Below the pieces are notes generated by a model. The model saw nothing but the letters and a program-made list of their open reading frames with translations, did no database searches and was not told where the DNA came from. The position numbers and the translations under genes were made by a program. Below, in pieces: positions 9,529-19,313 of a stretch of DNA of 64,000 nucleotides (positions are counted from its first letter, which is position 1; every line of letters starts with the position of its first letter). The stretch covers positions 1,346,689 through 1,410,688 of the forward strand of contig CAVPQZ010000001.1 of assembly GCA_963707765.1 (NCBI GenBank), read 5' to 3'. Source of the DNA: an uncultured Gammaproteobacteria bacterium. Its GTDB lineage: Bacteria > Pseudomonadota > Gammaproteobacteria > Steroidobacterales > Steroidobacteraceae.

Positions 9529-11163
9529 TCAACGACTCGCCTGAAGTACCGCTCGGGGAGTGGGCAGCCATATTTGGTTGCGCGTCACCTTGCCTCCCGT
9601 CCGATTCAGCCCTGGCTGCGCGATGACGACATAAAAGTAGTCACGCTGCGACCGCTCTGCCTCCCGCAGCAGTTTGATGTAGACGTGCGTCGAGCGCCCG
9701 CCGGAGGGGAACGTCTGAATCGCCTTTTCCTGGTGAATGTAATCAATATTTTGTCTCGCCGTCGCAGGCTCGGTCCACCACACGAAGGACGAGTTGTGCA
9801 GTAAGTGATTGCGGTGGACGCGAACTTCAACGAAGCGATCGCCGACGGCCTGGTAGCCATTGACGACGATCTTGGAGGGCGCCGGCGTCGACGACGGCCT
9901 GGCTTGAAGCGCTGCCACAGACTCCTCCTGGGCGCCCGTCGTCCGGACGCCGTCGTCGACTGCCCGCACCGAGGGCGTATCCTCCGGGGGCGACCGCTCG
10001 CGAGGATCTGGGCTGGCGCTTGCCAGCGCGTCGGTCGTGCCATCACCCGGCTTTTGCGCCGGCCGGGACCAAAGTTCGCCCACGCCAATCGCGGCGATCA
10101 GAAGCAACGCGAAAAACGCTGCCACGGGTGCACCCCTCGACCGTGGCTTCGTGGTGTCGGCGGCCGCGAGGCCATGCAGCGTTGTTGACGAAGCACCCGC
10201 CGCCACGTCGCGCGTGAGGCGCTGTACCCAGGCGTGAACGGGCATCGACCGGCCCGATCGATGCCACGATAGCCCCGCCTGCAGCACACGCCATTGGTCG
10301 CCAGTGAGCCCAAGAGGGCGCTTGGCCCTGACGTCGTAATTGCGGGCCTGGTTTGCCGGCCGGCCCGCAAACGGATGAATCCCAGCCAGCAACTGAAAGC
10401 AGATGACCGCAAACGCGTACAAGTCGTCGCTGGGATCTGCGGCGCGGCCCTCCAGCTGCTCACAACTGGCATAGGCAGGAGTGCCGAAGGTCGCCAGCGT
10501 GTCGGACACGCGATCCGTCGTCGTCGGCGTTACGACTGTTTGGGCATTGCCGAAATCGAGAATACGCAGCTCGCCGTTACGGTTCAGAAACAAGTTCCGT
10601 GGTTTGAGGTCGCCATGAACGATTCCGCGCTCGTGCGCGTGCTGCAACCCCTCGCCTAGCTGCCTGATGATCCACCACGCCTGCGATCGCGGAATCGGGC
10701 CCGGCCGCATGCGGTCGATGAGGTCTTGTAGCAGCTCACCGTCGAGGAGCTCCATCGTGAAGAAGACGATATCCTGATCTCGGTCGAGTTCGTAAATTCT
10801 CACGATGTTCCGATGGGACAGGGCCCTGCCGGAGTGCAATTCGCGCGCAAGGTCCTTCATGGCCTGGTCTGGAGACTCGCTGCCGCCATGCAATACCTTC
10901 AACGCGACGTGCTGCTCTGCAACGGGAAGGGACTCACGATACCGATCGAGCGCTTTGAACACGGTCCCTGTGCCGCCCGTTCCGAGCTTTTCCACAATGA
11001 CATACCGCTCCCTCAGCAGACAGCCGGGCGCAATCCCACCGTGCGCCTTGGAATCCCCGGCGTTGCCTCGCCCAGCAACGGATCGCAGAACCACCGTCGC
11101 CCCAACGGCCTCGGTGTTCACCACTCCCCCAACGGATCGAGGCGTTTCATTTAGCTCTCTCAA
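9529..11163 (-). CDS. membrane Ser/Thr protein kinase with extracytoplasmic Calx-beta-like domain
   Basis: Hanks kinase motifs (GTGGTGTVFKA, VALK, HGDLKPRNLF, LDFG, GTPAYASCE). One TM helix (VAAFFALLLIAAIGVG). The C-terminal ~110 aa (FVEVRVHRN..FVWWTEPATARQNIDYIHQEKAIQTFPSGGRSTHVYIKL) resemble a Calx-beta fold pattern. Confidence 0.85.
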   Translation of the reverse strand: MRELNETPRSVGGVVNTEAVGATVVLRSVAGRGNAGDSKAHGGIAPGCLLRERYVIVEKLGTGGTGTVFKALDRYRESLPVAEQHVALKVLHGGSESPDQAMKDLARELHSGRALSHRNIVRIYELDRDQDIVFFTMELLDGELLQDLIDRMRPGPIPRSQAWWIIRQLGEGLQHAHERGIVHGDLKPRNLFLNRNGELRILDFGNAQTVVTPTTTDRVSDTLATFGTPAYASCEQLEGRAADPSDDLYAFAVICFQLLAGIHPFAGRPANQARNYDVRAKRPLGLTGDQWRVLQAGLSWHRSGRSMPVHAWVQRLTRDVAAGASSTTLHGLAAADTTKPRSRGAPVAAFFALLLIAAIGVGELWSRPAQKPGDGTTDALASASPDPRERSPPEDTPSVRAVDDGVRTTGAQEESVAALQARPSSTPAPSKIVVNGYQAVGDRFVEVRVHRNHLLHNSSFVWWTEPATARQNIDYIHQEKAIQTFPSGGRSTHVYIKLLREAERSQRDYFYVVIAQPGLNRTGGKVTRNQIWLPTPRAVLQASR

Positions 11164-12022
11164 CAGTGGCCACTGACCAGAACTCCCATGGCAAGCGATC
11201 GCGTGTCCAGACGCGGATGTATGTCAGACAACACCGCCAAAGCCCGATGCAGTGACCACACGGACAGTTCTCGCCACTATTTTCGTTCCTCCCTGTTCCC
11301 ATCCGGCAACAATCAGTCAACGCAACCCGCCGCGCCCTGCCCGGCGGTGCACGGACCGGCACTAACTGCGTTTGCATCGCGGATTCCTATAACAAATGGA
11401 GTTAAGACCTGCAGTTAATCAGGTCGCAGGCGCAGAGTGCTGTGCGGTACCGAACGGTCAAGACCAAGAACGTGCCCCATCGCCTTCCGCCGCTTCGATT
11501 CTGCTTCGACAACGAGCGTACGTACGGTGTCGTACAGACATCGTGTCGCGCCGCTGCGATTCTCCGTGGGCCGCTGGCAGCTGCGGCTTCGCTATTTTCT
11601 GAGAGCTTTTGGGCTAGATGACGCGCATGGCCGGAGGCGAATTGTGCGCTGCAATTCACGCTCGACGGGGCGGGCTCGCAGCGATATCGCCGGCATCGCG
11701 TGTCGAGAGAGTACACGTACTTCCGAGGAAATCTACAATGGCGACTATTTCGAAAATGCGCCACGGCGAAGGCAATCCGGGGTCCGGGAAACGATTTAAC
11801 GAGGCAGAGACCCGGTTCGTCGACTCCACGCGCGGCAAGCGGAACATTCGCGACGGGGCCAATGTTCGGCCTGATCAAGGATCCGCACTGATAGACGCCG
11901 CGCTCCTAGGTAGAACGCGCATAAAGATCTCTGATGCGCCCGTTCCGGACGTGCCAGCACAGAAGCGATAAACTGTCGTTAACACAGCGGACTCCACACG
12001 GCGCGCCAACCGGAGCGAACAA

Positions 12023-12286
12023 ATGTCATTTGCCGCCTGGATCGGCCTTGGACTGATTGCCGGGTTTGTCGGTAGCCGGATCATCAACAGAACGGGCGAC
12101 GGAAAGTTGGTCGATATTGTGCTGGGCGTCGTCGGTGCCGTGTTGGCAGGATGGCTATTCAAAATCTATGGCGGTGCCGGGGAACCCGGATTCCACATAA
12201 GTCGCCTGATCGTCCCAGTCATCGGCGCCGTCGGTTGTCTTGTCATCTACCATCTATTCTTCCGCCGCGTGGCAACTGAAGAGTAG
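12023..12286 (+). CDS. GlsB/YeaQ/YmgE family stress-response membrane protein
   Basis: MSFAAWIGLGLIAGFVGSRIINRTGDGKLVDIVLGVVGAVLAGWLF is a typical transglycosylase-associated family pattern. Confidence 0.85.
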   Translation: MSFAAWIGLGLIAGFVGSRIINRTGDGKLVDIVLGVVGAVLAGWLFKIYGGAGEPGFHISRLIVPVIGAVGCLVIYHLFFRRVATEE

Positions 12287-12659
12287 CGCCATACTGCATA
12301 GTGCGCGTCGCACACATTTTCGCCACCTGATTACCGCCTGAACGATGCCTGCAGCGCCGTCTAGGTGCGCACGGTATGTCGTACTGCGGCCCTGGATTCG
12401 GGACGGAGCGCGGTCTGGCCATGTTGTTTACGCTGCGCGGCAGGTCCGGCATGGTCCTACAGCAGTTCGGCATCTTGGCTACGTCCCAACCGTGTCGACA
12501 TCGATTTCCATTACGTTCGGAAGCGTACGGACGTCGAATCGCTACGTGATTAACCTCTTCAGTGCGATCGGTGCGTGACCACCCTGTCACGACGAATACT
12601 GGCAAGGTAACGGTAAGAGACATCACATGAAGCAGGAGGGGAGGAGTACCACACCGGGC

Positions 12660-12809
12660 ATGAGCGACATACAAACATTACGTCAGCGAGCCCGTGAACA
12701 TGTGGAGAAAGGGGCCATAACGGCGAGCTACGCGGCTGACCGTCAAACACTTCTGCGCCTTGCACAAGACGATCCCGACCGGCTAGCGCCAACAATCGGG
12801 CGAAGATGA
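12660..12809 (+). pseudogene. truncated ferritin-like (bacterioferritin-related) gene, N-terminal ~30 codons
   Basis: MSDIQTLRQRAREHVEKGAITASYAADRQTLLRL matches the start of ferritin-like proteins. The expected ..NEALATE..LRYKRH continuation is absent in every frame. Confidence 0.4.
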
Positions 12810-12917
12810 GGCGTCGAGTCGATGGGCCGAGGACCAAACCGAGGCATCCGAGGAATTTAAGGGCGACTACGAGAAGGTGTTGAGTCAGCCGGAAGATGAC
12901 GTGGACGAGGAGGGAAA

Positions 12918-14279
12918 ATGGCTACTATTCAGCAATCTAGGGTCGACACGGACGAGCCGCCGCGCGTCACGGAGTACGTTCAAACAATGGCCAACGAGGG
13001 CGCACTGCTGTTTCTGGGTAACTACAACGGTACCCTGGCGGCGGCCCGCTGTCTGGGCCGCTGCGGGATCGACGTGGCACTTGCTGACGATTCTCCCATG
13101 GCCATGGCACGCGCCTCCCGGTATGTGCGACATTTCGAGCGCTCGCCGCCGATTCGCCGCCCCGGCGATTTCATGGAGTGGCTGATCGATCGCGGACGAG
13201 GGGGCGGTCGAGGCAAGCGACGGCCGAACTACGCTGGTCGCGTTCTGTTCCCGGCAAATGACGAACAGGTGTTTCTGTTCGCCCAGCATCGACGCGAGTT
13301 GTCGCGGTACTTTCGCCTGTATCAACCGGACATTGACACCGTCTATCGGATACTCAATAAACAGCGGCTCTACGAGGCCTGCGCGCGTGTTGGGATCGAC
13401 TACCCGGTAACCTGGTATCCCCGCGGTGAGGCTGAAGTGCGAGAGCTCGCGCCGACGATTCGGGCCGACGTCATGGTCAAGCCCAAGTCGCAGATTCAAC
13501 TCGAAAGCAAGACGAAGGGCAGCGTAGTTCCCAGAACCGGCAGCGTGGTCGATTCCTACTCACGGTTCATGCGGGAAAATCGCTACGGCACCAAGATCGC
13601 CACGCATGATGCAGATGTCGTGTGGCCGATGCTACAGACGTATCACAGTAGCCAGACGCACCGCATTTACACCCTGGCCGGTTTCACCGATTTAACGGGA
13701 AACCCTCCGTTGATACGGGCAGCCACCAAGCTGATGCAGCGACCCCGAAACATGGGGATCGGCGTCTGCTTTGAGGCAGCGACCGTGGATTCCGCGCTCG
13801 TCGCACGGGTTGCAGACTTATTCCGCGATCTGAACTATTACGGCATATTTGATATCGAATTCATCGTACGCGAAGGCAAGTTCTTGCTGATCGACTTCAA
13901 TCCGCGCGGGTACGGGCAAATGGCCTTCGAGATTGCCCGCGGACTGCCGCTGCCCTACATTCAATATCTTGCGGCCATGGACGACCGATCGCGCCTGGCC
14001 GACGTGTGTCAGTTGGCCAGGGACTGGCAACCACGAGGCAACGAAGCATATTGCCACGGCTTGTTTCTCTCGTTGGTGAACACGGCGCAGCGGGCCAGTG
14101 AAGTGGTCAGCGGCTCACTGAGCGAGGACTGGGGAAGCTGGATGAGAACTCGTAAAGCGGGACTGACTGATGCCGTGCGACAGCCGAGCGATCCCGGTCC
14201 GGCGCGACTCGATGTCATACGGCACGGAGTTGAATTGATGAGACACCCACGTTCATTTCTGCGGTCCCTTATGCGCTGA
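12918..14279 (+). CDS. ATP-grasp superfamily enzyme (COG3919-like carboxylate-amine ligase)
   Basis: GAGGAGGG RBS. N-terminal pre-ATP-grasp pattern (ALLFLGNYNGTLAAARCLGRCGIDV), then KQRLYEACARVGIDYP..VMVKPK and YYGIFDIEFIVREGKFLLIDFNPR. Confidence 0.75.
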   Translation: MATIQQSRVDTDEPPRVTEYVQTMANEGALLFLGNYNGTLAAARCLGRCGIDVALADDSPMAMARASRYVRHFERSPPIRRPGDFMEWLIDRGRGGGRGKRRPNYAGRVLFPANDEQVFLFAQHRRELSRYFRLYQPDIDTVYRILNKQRLYEACARVGIDYPVTWYPRGEAEVRELAPTIRADVMVKPKSQIQLESKTKGSVVPRTGSVVDSYSRFMRENRYGTKIATHDADVVWPMLQTYHSSQTHRIYTLAGFTDLTGNPPLIRAATKLMQRPRNMGIGVCFEAATVDSALVARVADLFRDLNYYGIFDIEFIVREGKFLLIDFNPRGYGQMAFEIARGLPLPYIQYLAAMDDRSRLADVCQLARDWQPRGNEAYCHGLFLSLVNTAQRASEVVSGSLSEDWGSWMRTRKAGLTDAVRQPSDPGPARLDVIRHGVELMRHPRSFLRSLMR

Positions 14280-14405
14280 CACGGAGGCCGCCTCGCTGGC
14301 AGTCGGACTCGATTGATCCGTATTTGGCGCACCGCCGGCGGCAAATCGCAATTTACGCCGCGGCGGGTCGGTCCGGAACCGATAACGCGCCATATTGGCG
14401 GTTCC

Positions 14406-15287
14406 TTACCATGTAGCCCTTTTGACTTTGCTTTGTTCACGTAGCCGGTCAACGATGTCAATCATGCTGGCATCCGGATAGGTCTTGAGAATGTCGGTAA
14501 TTTGATCGCGATCGAGGTCCGTTGCCGTGAATATTTGCTTGAACGCCTCCCGGGTCGCGTGCTGCAGTTCCGCATCGTCGATATCCGCGAAATTGCGCAT
14601 CACTTCTAGCGGCGGACGTTTAGACATCCTCCTGATCGACTCGAGCGCTTCTCCAACGACCTTGCCGAGTTTTTCCATATCGACTCGTTCTGCATCCGCC
14701 GCAGAAGGTCGCGGCGCTCTCGGGTCATTTTCGCGACGGATCCGTCTATTGGGGAGCAATTCCAACGCATGCGCGGCTTCGAGTTCCGTATAGCTATGAA
14801 CGACGATCACCCAACGTCCATGGCTGATGGCATCAGCCACTTCCTCTTCAACAGCGGGTATTCTTTCGGCATTTCCGGAATCGCCAGTGACGGCCCCCAT
14901 CAAACTGCCGGCCAGCGACCCCATACCAAGCGCAGACATGGCGGCAACCATTGGCCCGGCCACTAGCAGCCCAACGCCACCCGTCAACGCGATGCCGGTG
15001 ACCAGCACCAGCCCCGGGATCGCGCCCATTGCTGCGCCCTCCAAAGCACCCTTTGCGGTTTTACGCCGCTCCCATTCATGTCCGGTCGTTTCCTGCCAAT
15101 GGGCCTGCTCCTGCCCGAGCAAACTAATTTGGTCATCCGAGAATCCCTCATTTTTCAATAACAAAATGGCATCGGTCACATCGGCGAACTCGGGATAGAT
15201 GGCGATGGTTTTATAAAGAAAGCCTCCGCCAAGCGGTATCGTCTCTCCGGTAGCGGAAAGGTCTTCACCAGACGTCGTGGATTTCAT
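14406..15287 (-). CDS. YflT/general-stress-protein-17M-like membrane protein with glycine-zipper segment
   Basis: AIYPEFADVTDAILLLKNEGFSDDQISLLG (YflT-like). A Gly-rich TM zipper (GAIPGLVLVTGIALTGGVGLLVAGPMVAAMSALGMGSLAGSLMGAV). A second regulatory-like domain (GRWVIVVHSYTELEAAHA). Confidence 0.65.
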   Translation of the reverse strand: MKSTTSGEDLSATGETIPLGGGFLYKTIAIYPEFADVTDAILLLKNEGFSDDQISLLGQEQAHWQETTGHEWERRKTAKGALEGAAMGAIPGLVLVTGIALTGGVGLLVAGPMVAAMSALGMGSLAGSLMGAVTGDSGNAERIPAVEEEVADAISHGRWVIVVHSYTELEAAHALELLPNRRIRRENDPRAPRPSAADAERVDMEKLGKVVGEALESIRRMSKRPPLEVMRNFADIDDAELQHATREAFKQIFTATDLDRDQITDILKTYPDASMIDIVDRLREQSKVKRATW

Positions 15288-16404
15288 GCAGTCTCCTATT
15301 GATGGGCCAATCTAATGGCAAAATAAGCGCCCCTCATCACAAGGTTTCGTGGAATTGTGGCAAGCGTGCTCCAAGGGCCATCGTGTGTCTGTACGCAAGC
15401 ACACCGCGAAGAGCATTTCGCTGCGTACCCACCGGCACCCGGTAACCTGCAGGTATTCATCGGCGGGCTTCTTGGGCTGCATTTGCGTTTTTTGATCCGG
15501 CTGGCGGTTGGGGCACAACCGCTTGAAGAGAATTCGCTGCACGACGAGTAGTGGACACCCGCACGCTGATATTGCGGCAACCGGCCGGTGCGCCAGCGCA
15601 CAGACTCAGCGCGTCATCCTGGGCTCCAATACCGGTGCCGGAAGATGATTAGCAGAGCGACTTATTTGGTTCAATAGATGGATTCGGAAGTCAATGGCCC
15701 TGTCGATTCCGATTGGTGGTGTCGGCTATGGTGGGTTTGAATGGCGGGACATGTCATGAATCAAATCAAGGTGGTTCTCTGCGTGGTGATACTGATCGCG
15801 GTATGGCCCCTGTGCGCGACCGTGTGGGTGCTCCAGTGGCCGTTCGTACGATTCCTGGACAGGTCCCCGAAAGACCTCTCGGATAAGGTGGCCGGACGCC
15901 CGGTTCGCCGCCGCACCGGGTAGCGCGACCGACAGTGCGTCCAAACAATTGTGCCGCTATAGCTATCCTTTGCCGGCGCGTCGCACATCACGGGTGAGAT
16001 CGTTCCGATCACGGCCGGAACTTGAATTTAACAGAGGTATTGAGGGAGATCGAATGACGATGAGGCGAGTGGATCCTTCTGACCACTGCCGATGACACTC
16101 ACACATTTCGCCCGTCGGACACGTGGGGGTGCTCTGCCATCATCCGCGCCGTTAGCTCCTGGACTTCCTGTCAATTCCGATCTGGTGGTTCCGTTACTCC
16201 ATCCTCTCAAGTTGCGGGATCTCCTGGAAAGTCGGGGCGGTTCAAAGGCAACATCCAGAAGAACGTCGGTTCGGTCCAGGCATCGATGGGCGATGCCAAG
16301 GATAATATCGAGAAGACCATAAAGAAGGCTTAACGGTGATGCGGCGGGGGAGCAAGGATTCAATGGTCGCCCGCCCAGCTTGAAGCCAACCAAATGGAGG
16401 GTTT

Positions 16405-16640
16405 ATGAACACCAAATTCCCAGGGACGCTGGTTTTGTTGGCAACGTTGCTCGGCCCCGTGGTTGTGTACGCCGCCGACACGTCCACGGGCACCAATGGC
16501 CAGTATCTGGACGATGGGACCATCACCACCAAGGTCTAGGCAACATTTGCCGAAGACAAGTGGGTCAAAGGGCGCGATATCAGTGTCCGTACTCACCACG
16601 GTGTCGTCGATTCAACGCCCGGTAGCAGAGAATGCGTGGA
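16405..16640 (+). pseudogene. BON-domain gene disrupted by an in-frame TAG (16537-16539) and with a degraded 3' end
   Basis: GGAGG RBS, a signal peptide (MNTKFPGTLVLLATLLGPVVVYA), then ..DDGTITTKV*ATFAEDKWVKGRDISVRTHHGVV. The stop falls inside the conserved ITTKVK-A-L BON helix. Confidence 0.55.
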
Positions 16641-16915
16641 TCTAATCATCGTCTTGATGGCAATGGTGTTGCTGTTTGGTGGCGGAGGAGGCTTGTACTG
16701 GGGCATGGGCGTAGGGTAGAGACTTGGCCCGATCGGATTGATCCTGCCCGTCGTTGTCGTCTGCTTCCTGCTATTTGCCTATCGCGGACGAAGGGGTGGC
16801 GGCCACTAGGGATAGAACCAGTGTGAAATGACGCGCCGCTATGTACGGCCCAGCACCGACAGTTCGTACCGATCATGCTTGAATAACCATCGAACACTAT
16901 CAAAAGGAGATTTCC

Positions 16916-16990
16916 ATGTACATCGGCGGCGGCATCCTCGGAACTATTCTTGTCGTCCTGCTTATAGTTTGGCTTATTCGCCGGGTCTAG
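16916..16990 (+). CDS. 24-aa hydrophobic micro-protein
   Basis: AAAGGAG 7 nt upstream of the ATG. MYIGGGILGTILVVLLIVWLIRRV is a single TM helix with a basic tail. No homology is claimed. Confidence 0.3.
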   Translation: MYIGGGILGTILVVLLIVWLIRRV

Positions 16991-17192
16991 AAACCTTTGT
17001 AGCAAGAGGCGTTCCGAACAGGCTTAGTGCTTCTGGACCCGCCCAGTCTGGAATACGACCGGGTCTACGGATTCGTGCAAATTGGTGCGGTTTATTGTGG
17101 AGTCCGCTCACGAATCGCAAACTTCTGCACGCTTAGCGCTCTGGATCGAACATTCGGAGACAATTGGCAAAGATCGGCCTACGGCTCGCCCT

Positions 17193-17561
17193 TCACCCCG
17201 GAGCGACGATCCACAGACGCGCTCGATCGGTATCTTTTGTCGAAAAAACTTTCATCGCACCCGGCATCAGGAAGCTAAAGAGTGAAATCGCATGAGCGAT
17301 CCACTGGACGTCGGTGACGACCGCGGCCCGTTCCCAGCGGGTGATGTGTTGCATTCCAATCTTGAAATCTTCCATCATCGCATCGGCGTCTATGCCAGCA
17401 AAATCGCCTCCAAGTTCGTAATAGAGACGAAGGCGATCGTGGCTGGCAAAAGCCTTTTCGACCACTGGAATGAGGGTCGAAACGTAGTCGGCCTTCGTTA
17501 CCTGCCCCCGACCCGCGAAGGCGACGACATTCTCGGGAAACCCTTGCAACTGTGCGATCAT
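17193..17561 (-). CDS. STAS/SEC14 (SpoIIAA-like, DUF3478-type) domain protein
   Basis: MIAQLQGFPENVVAFAGRGQVTKADY..RLYYELGGDFAGIDADAMMEDFKIGMQHITRWERAAVVTDVQWI. Confidence 0.8.
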   Translation of the reverse strand: MIAQLQGFPENVVAFAGRGQVTKADYVSTLIPVVEKAFASHDRLRLYYELGGDFAGIDADAMMEDFKIGMQHITRWERAAVVTDVQWIAHAISLFSFLMPGAMKVFSTKDTDRARLWIVAPG

Positions 17562-17616
17562 TTGCGTTCTCCTGCGGCCCCAATAACTAGAGCCGTCGAT
17601 AAAATCACGATATCAC

Positions 17617-17636
17617 TTGACCGATCGATCGGTCAA
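17617..17636. promoter_or_regulatory. perfect 20-bp palindrome, candidate TetR operator
   Basis: TTGACCGATCGATCGGTCAA sits 16 bp upstream of the TetR start, in the 90-bp divergent STAS-TetR intergenic region. Confidence 0.55.
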
Positions 17637-17651
17637 TAGTAAATATAACTC

Positions 17652-18254
17652 ATGGCGATCAAGGGACAGCGCACTGCGGCAGGCGAAGAAACTCGGAAGG
17701 AAATCCTGAACGCGGCGCTGAGTTTGCTCGGGCGAGGCGGCCCCGACGCGTTCAGTGCGGGTGCGCTGGCGCGAGAGGTCAACGTGAGCAAGGCGACGAT
17801 CTTTCATCACTTCGGGTCGGTCGAGGAAATCCTGCTCGCTGCGTGTGATTGGCGTCAGTCGTTGGAGCTTGAAGGACACCAATCGACGTCGGCTCGCGCC
17901 TATCTCGACGGCCTCGGCGGCCAACTCGTCCGTGCTGCGCAGGTTGATCCCGTCCTGCTTAAAGCCCAAGCGGTTTTTGTCACTAGAGCGATATTCGATC
18001 GCGAAATGAACGCCAGATTATCCGAAGGTGCTGCCAACATGCACCTCCTCGTCGTCGAGGCCCTACGCGCTCGTCTTCCTTCGGCTGTTTTGAATGCTCA
18101 GATCGAGTCGATTGCGCGGCTCGCTGAGATGGCGCTCGATGGCCTGATGATCAACTTAGTGATGCGCACCGACGAACGGAAGCAATTAAGGCGGGCCTGG
18201 AAACTGCTGGTTGACCTGCTTCTTGCCAGCGGTCGAGCGCCTCGCCCCGGGTGA
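17652..18254 (+). CDS. TetR/AcrR family transcriptional regulator
   Basis: N-terminal HTH (TRKEILNAALSLLGRGGPDAFSAGALAREVNVSKATIFHHFGS). The 3' end abuts or overlaps an ISL3 relic. Confidence 0.85.
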   Translation: MAIKGQRTAAGEETRKEILNAALSLLGRGGPDAFSAGALAREVNVSKATIFHHFGSVEEILLAACDWRQSLELEGHQSTSARAYLDGLGGQLVRAAQVDPVLLKAQAVFVTRAIFDREMNARLSEGAANMHLLVVEALRARLPSAVLNAQIESIARLAEMALDGLMINLVMRTDERKQLRRAWKLLVDLLLASGRAPRPG

Positions 18255-18382
18255 CCCATGATGTGGAATTTGTCGCACGAGATCGCCGCCAGCGGCGCAA
18301 TCCTGGTTGTCGAGATGCGGAACGACTTCCACATATCCATCACGGCGAGACGCACCGCTTTTTGGCCTCCTTTTTGCCGGGA
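18245..18382 (-). pseudogene. ISL3-family transposase relic (about 35 codons)
   Basis: The minus-strand reading VRLAVMDMWKSFRISTTRIAPLAAISCDKFHIMGH matches the conserved (A/V)xDMWxx(F/Y)...FD(K/R)FH(I/V) core of ISL3 transposases. No flanking transposase sequence or IRs are present. Confidence 0.5.
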
Positions 18383-18698
18383 TTACCATTGAACGCATCC
18401 ATGCTCTCTTCGCCATGGTCCAGACCCCCGAACCGGCGATTCGTCACAGGACTCATCCTTAATGCGATAGGCGTGTGATATCGTCAGTTGGTGAGGATAG
18501 GCGGAATGAGCGCTCACTGAGAAAATCGCTGTGGTCATTTCACCGCAATACAAGTGTTCGGCCCATTTAGGGAGGCTCCGAAAATCCTCTTCGGCGGTGA
18601 TGTGCAGGTTTATTTGGCCTATGGTGATGTCGCGCATTCCCGGCCCGACCACTTCTCCAAGAGCCCATCTTCCCGAACGGTGTGCGGACCAGCAGCCG

Positions 18699-19313
18699 AT
18701 GCACATTGAAGCGCTGCATGCGCCCCGACTGTCAGCCCTGATTCGTTGCCTTGCGACAGCCCTGTTGCTGACTCTCGCGGCTTGTAGCCAATTGAGCGAT
18801 ACCAGAAAACCCACCCCGGACAAGAACGCGCCACGCGCGCAGCTGTCCATCGGCTACAGCCTGCTTTACCAAGAGGCCGATGGGATTCCTAAGCTAAAGT
18901 GGATCTTCATGTTTAAGGACAAACCTGAAGAAATGGGGCGGGTCACTAATGATCTGATCAGCTATTACCGGCAGCTGGCCGACACCATGCAGAGGCTATC
19001 CAAGCAATATCCCGCCATGCGCATCGACGTGGCGGCAATGTCCGAGATCGAGGGCCAAGAGCGTAAAGCCATTGGCGAAGACCTAGCCAAAGACTTTGCC
19101 CCGCTCATTGGCAAGACGGGCGTTGAATTTGAGCGCGAGGCGCTACTCATGTTTTACAGCGCGCTCAACGAGCAACGTCATCTTACCGGGGTGATGGTGG
19201 GGCTCGAAACCGACCCGGCCCTGAGGAAGTTCTTGGAGACGACCAAGGCCCAGTTGGAAGCACGCTACGCGATAGTCGGGGCGCTATTGAACCGCCGCTA
19301 TTTCACTCAGTGA
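18699..19313 (+). CDS. hypothetical lipoprotein
   Basis: Internal ATG giving MHIEALHAPRLSALIRCLATALLLTLAAC (lipobox). The remainder is helical and charged. No family recognised. Confidence 0.5.
   Translation: MHIEALHAPRLSALIRCLATALLLTLAACSQLSDTRKPTPDKNAPRAQLSIGYSLLYQEADGIPKLKWIFMFKDKPEEMGRVTNDLISYYRQLADTMQRLSKQYPAMRIDVAAMSEIEGQERKAIGEDLAKDFAPLIGKTGVEFEREALLMFYSALNEQRHLTGVMVGLETDPALRKFLETTKAQLEARYAIVGALLNRRYFTQ

Noticed and set aside
11164-12022. An 860-bp gap between the Ser/Thr kinase and glsB. It includes a 77-aa ORF (11738-11971) behind GAGGA, and I searched it for riboswitch, sRNA or tRNA features.
   Set aside because: No family or conserved RNA structure was recognised by eye, and the ORF composition is unremarkable. 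There is insufficient support to call a gene.
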